A DNA stretch of 64,000 bases from positions 2,852,001-2,916,000 of the forward strand of contig OX597817.1 in NCBI GenBank assembly GCA_951406725.2, in the 5' to 3' direction. Below, piece by piece: positions 62,223-64,000 of this stretch. Source of the stretch: Octopus vulgaris. Its lineage: Eukaryota. The position numbers were made by a program, and so were the translations under genes. Numbering within the stretch: the stretch's first letter is position 1; the number at the start of each line of letters is the position of its first letter. A model generated the notes under the pieces. It was not told where the DNA came from, searched no databases, and worked only from the letters and a program-made list of their open reading frames with translations.

Positions 62223-63759
62223 CTGCTGCTGTTGCTGTTGTTGTTGTTGGTGTTAAGCAACAAGACGGGTAAGGGTGATTAGGTGATGGTCAATGGCTTA
62301 GGGGAGGGAGACCCCAGACCTTGGAAAAAAAATCTTTGGTCGTCTTGTTGTAGTCGAGGGCTCTTCGTTGACGCCCGACACCACTGGGAGGTGGCCCTCG
62401 AAGTCGCTGGAAATGGAGATCTCCAGGTCCAAATTCTTGGACGGCTGCTGCTGTTGCTGCTGTTACTGCTACTGCTGATGCTGCTGCTGCTGTCGCTAGC
62501 AGTGGTGATGCGATGGTGATGATGTTTCTCTTATTGTTATTTAGCCCCCAGGTCAACAATGAGTAAACCCATGATCATGAGGCTGCAGTGATGATCATCC
62601 TCTCTTATTTAAAGATGTTTAAAATACCATACGCTATCGAATATGGTATTTTTACAATACCTATGACAGTGTATGCTTTAGAGTATATATGTCTGCTATT
62701 TCTTGCAAATCAAGTGAACACGCCGAAGCTCTCTGTTTGTTATGTAATATTGTTTAAACCAAACTCTACTTTGGTGGAAAGGACTTATAATTAACAGTTT
62801 TCCACTCTTGACCTTCTGTCTTTTTATTCTGCGCTATCAAATACTGCGCAATCCAACAGAGGACCTTACTGATGAAAATCAGCAATAGGGTTTCGATTTC
62901 TCCATTCTTTGTGTTTTTAAAGACAATGACAGTGTACTTTGAAGGGAATTTCGATGCTAATTTTAGCAGCTAGAGCAACCACTTAGACGTTCGTGGTTTA
63001 TGCTATTGTTGTTATTTAGCCCCAGGTCAAACCTGATTAAGCAAATTTAAGATGACTTTTTAGGACAGTCATGGACAAATGTCAACCGCAGTACTTTCTG
63101 AATGGCTTTCCTAGCGAAAAATCACCTTGAATGTTTTCAGTAATATGTTGTAGTTCAGCTGATAATGACTCATGTCTCACGCAGCCCGTTTTTCGAAAAA
63201 GGTTGCCTATGGTTGTTTTTTGAGGTGTGTAAGACTTACAATATCCAACGTCTTTTTCCGTTCTGAGGTTGATTTAGTTGCTATTTCTCACAGGTAAACC
63301 GACCACATATAAGCAAGAAGTTTTTATTTGTGATGTCTATTAGTGGCCATGATGACGAAGGCGTAGTGCGGGATAAAACAGTTGACTAGTCTGTTTAATA
63401 ATAACAAATGAGACTTGATAAAAGAAACATGGTGGATGAAACGAATAAAATCGATGATATGATAAATAAATAACTGACAAAACTGACACAAATGAGTTAA
63501 TGGCTCTTGTTTCCTAAGTGATGCAAGGTTCAAGCTATGTCGGAAACACTGAGTGTATCTTCAATTATTTACTTATGCATGTTTCTATTGATTTTCTTTT
63601 AAATTTACAGTCCTTGAATCTTGCGTAAAAAGCTTAAAAAGCTTAGCCGTCACTTGCAAACGAGTGTGACCTGGTAGCGCATACCTTGTTTTTGCTAATT
63701 GTTTTAGGCGCCTCTATAGTCGTGAGCAGATATAGACACCGTCAATTTCGAGCAATAGA

Positions 63760-63965
63760 ACAAGCGGTGGTATGACAGCTAGAAGGGCGAAAGAGCTGCA
63801 TCAGCAATTGGCTGGTACTCGTTTTTTTTTTTAGCTGAATAGATTGAAGCAACGTGAAACTATGTACCTTGATCAGGGATACAACAGGTAACAGTCCAGG
63901 AATTCAACCCATGGTCCCTACACTCCGTGAGCCCTACACTCAAACCACTAAGCTATTCTCTTTCA
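63760..63965 (-). mobile_element. Degenerate family C-related SINE
   Basis: Minus strand GCTTAGTGGTT..GTGTAGGGCTCACG...GGGTTGAATTCC...GTTTCACGTTGCTTCAATC..TTCAGCT..GAGTACC. Confidence 0.6.
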
Positions 63966-64000
63966 CAAAATGCCATTCTAAAAGAAGTCTCTAGTGAAGA

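Overview
AT-rich, microsatellite-saturated eukaryotic DNA, not prokaryotic. The mix of tRNA-derived SINEs, RTE/R4/Tx1 LINE relics, Penelope-like elements and (TA)n/(CATA)n/(GATA)n arrays resembles an octopus (coleoid cephalopod) genome; this taxon call is an inference from repeat families, not a database match. The window looks intronic or intergenic. No multi-exon host gene could be assembled; the only host candidate is a 26-nt start-codon micro-exon at 2820-2845. Almost all ORFs in the track are microsatellite artefacts. Real coding relics are all mobile elements: a near-intact 5'-truncated Penelope-like element (RT + GIY-YIG, 24212-26303), a Tc1 element with DD36E spacing, a Chapaev3-like element with TTA TSD, a decayed hAT transposase, and RTE, R4/Dong and Tx1 LINE fragments. 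There are also several MITEs and a 5S rRNA pseudogene. The most interesting observations are: (1) a SINE subfamily that shares its 3' tail with a Tx1-type LINE in the same window and is followed three times by the same site of its own family's head, suggesting self-targeted nesting; (2) five non-canonical minimal hammerhead-like motifs, one pair showing a compensatory stem change, in short Penelope-type repeats sitting in (TA)n; (3) a tandem-plus-inverted 354-bp unit forming a ~145-bp hairpin. All alignments were done by eye; coordinates of degenerate elements are approximate.
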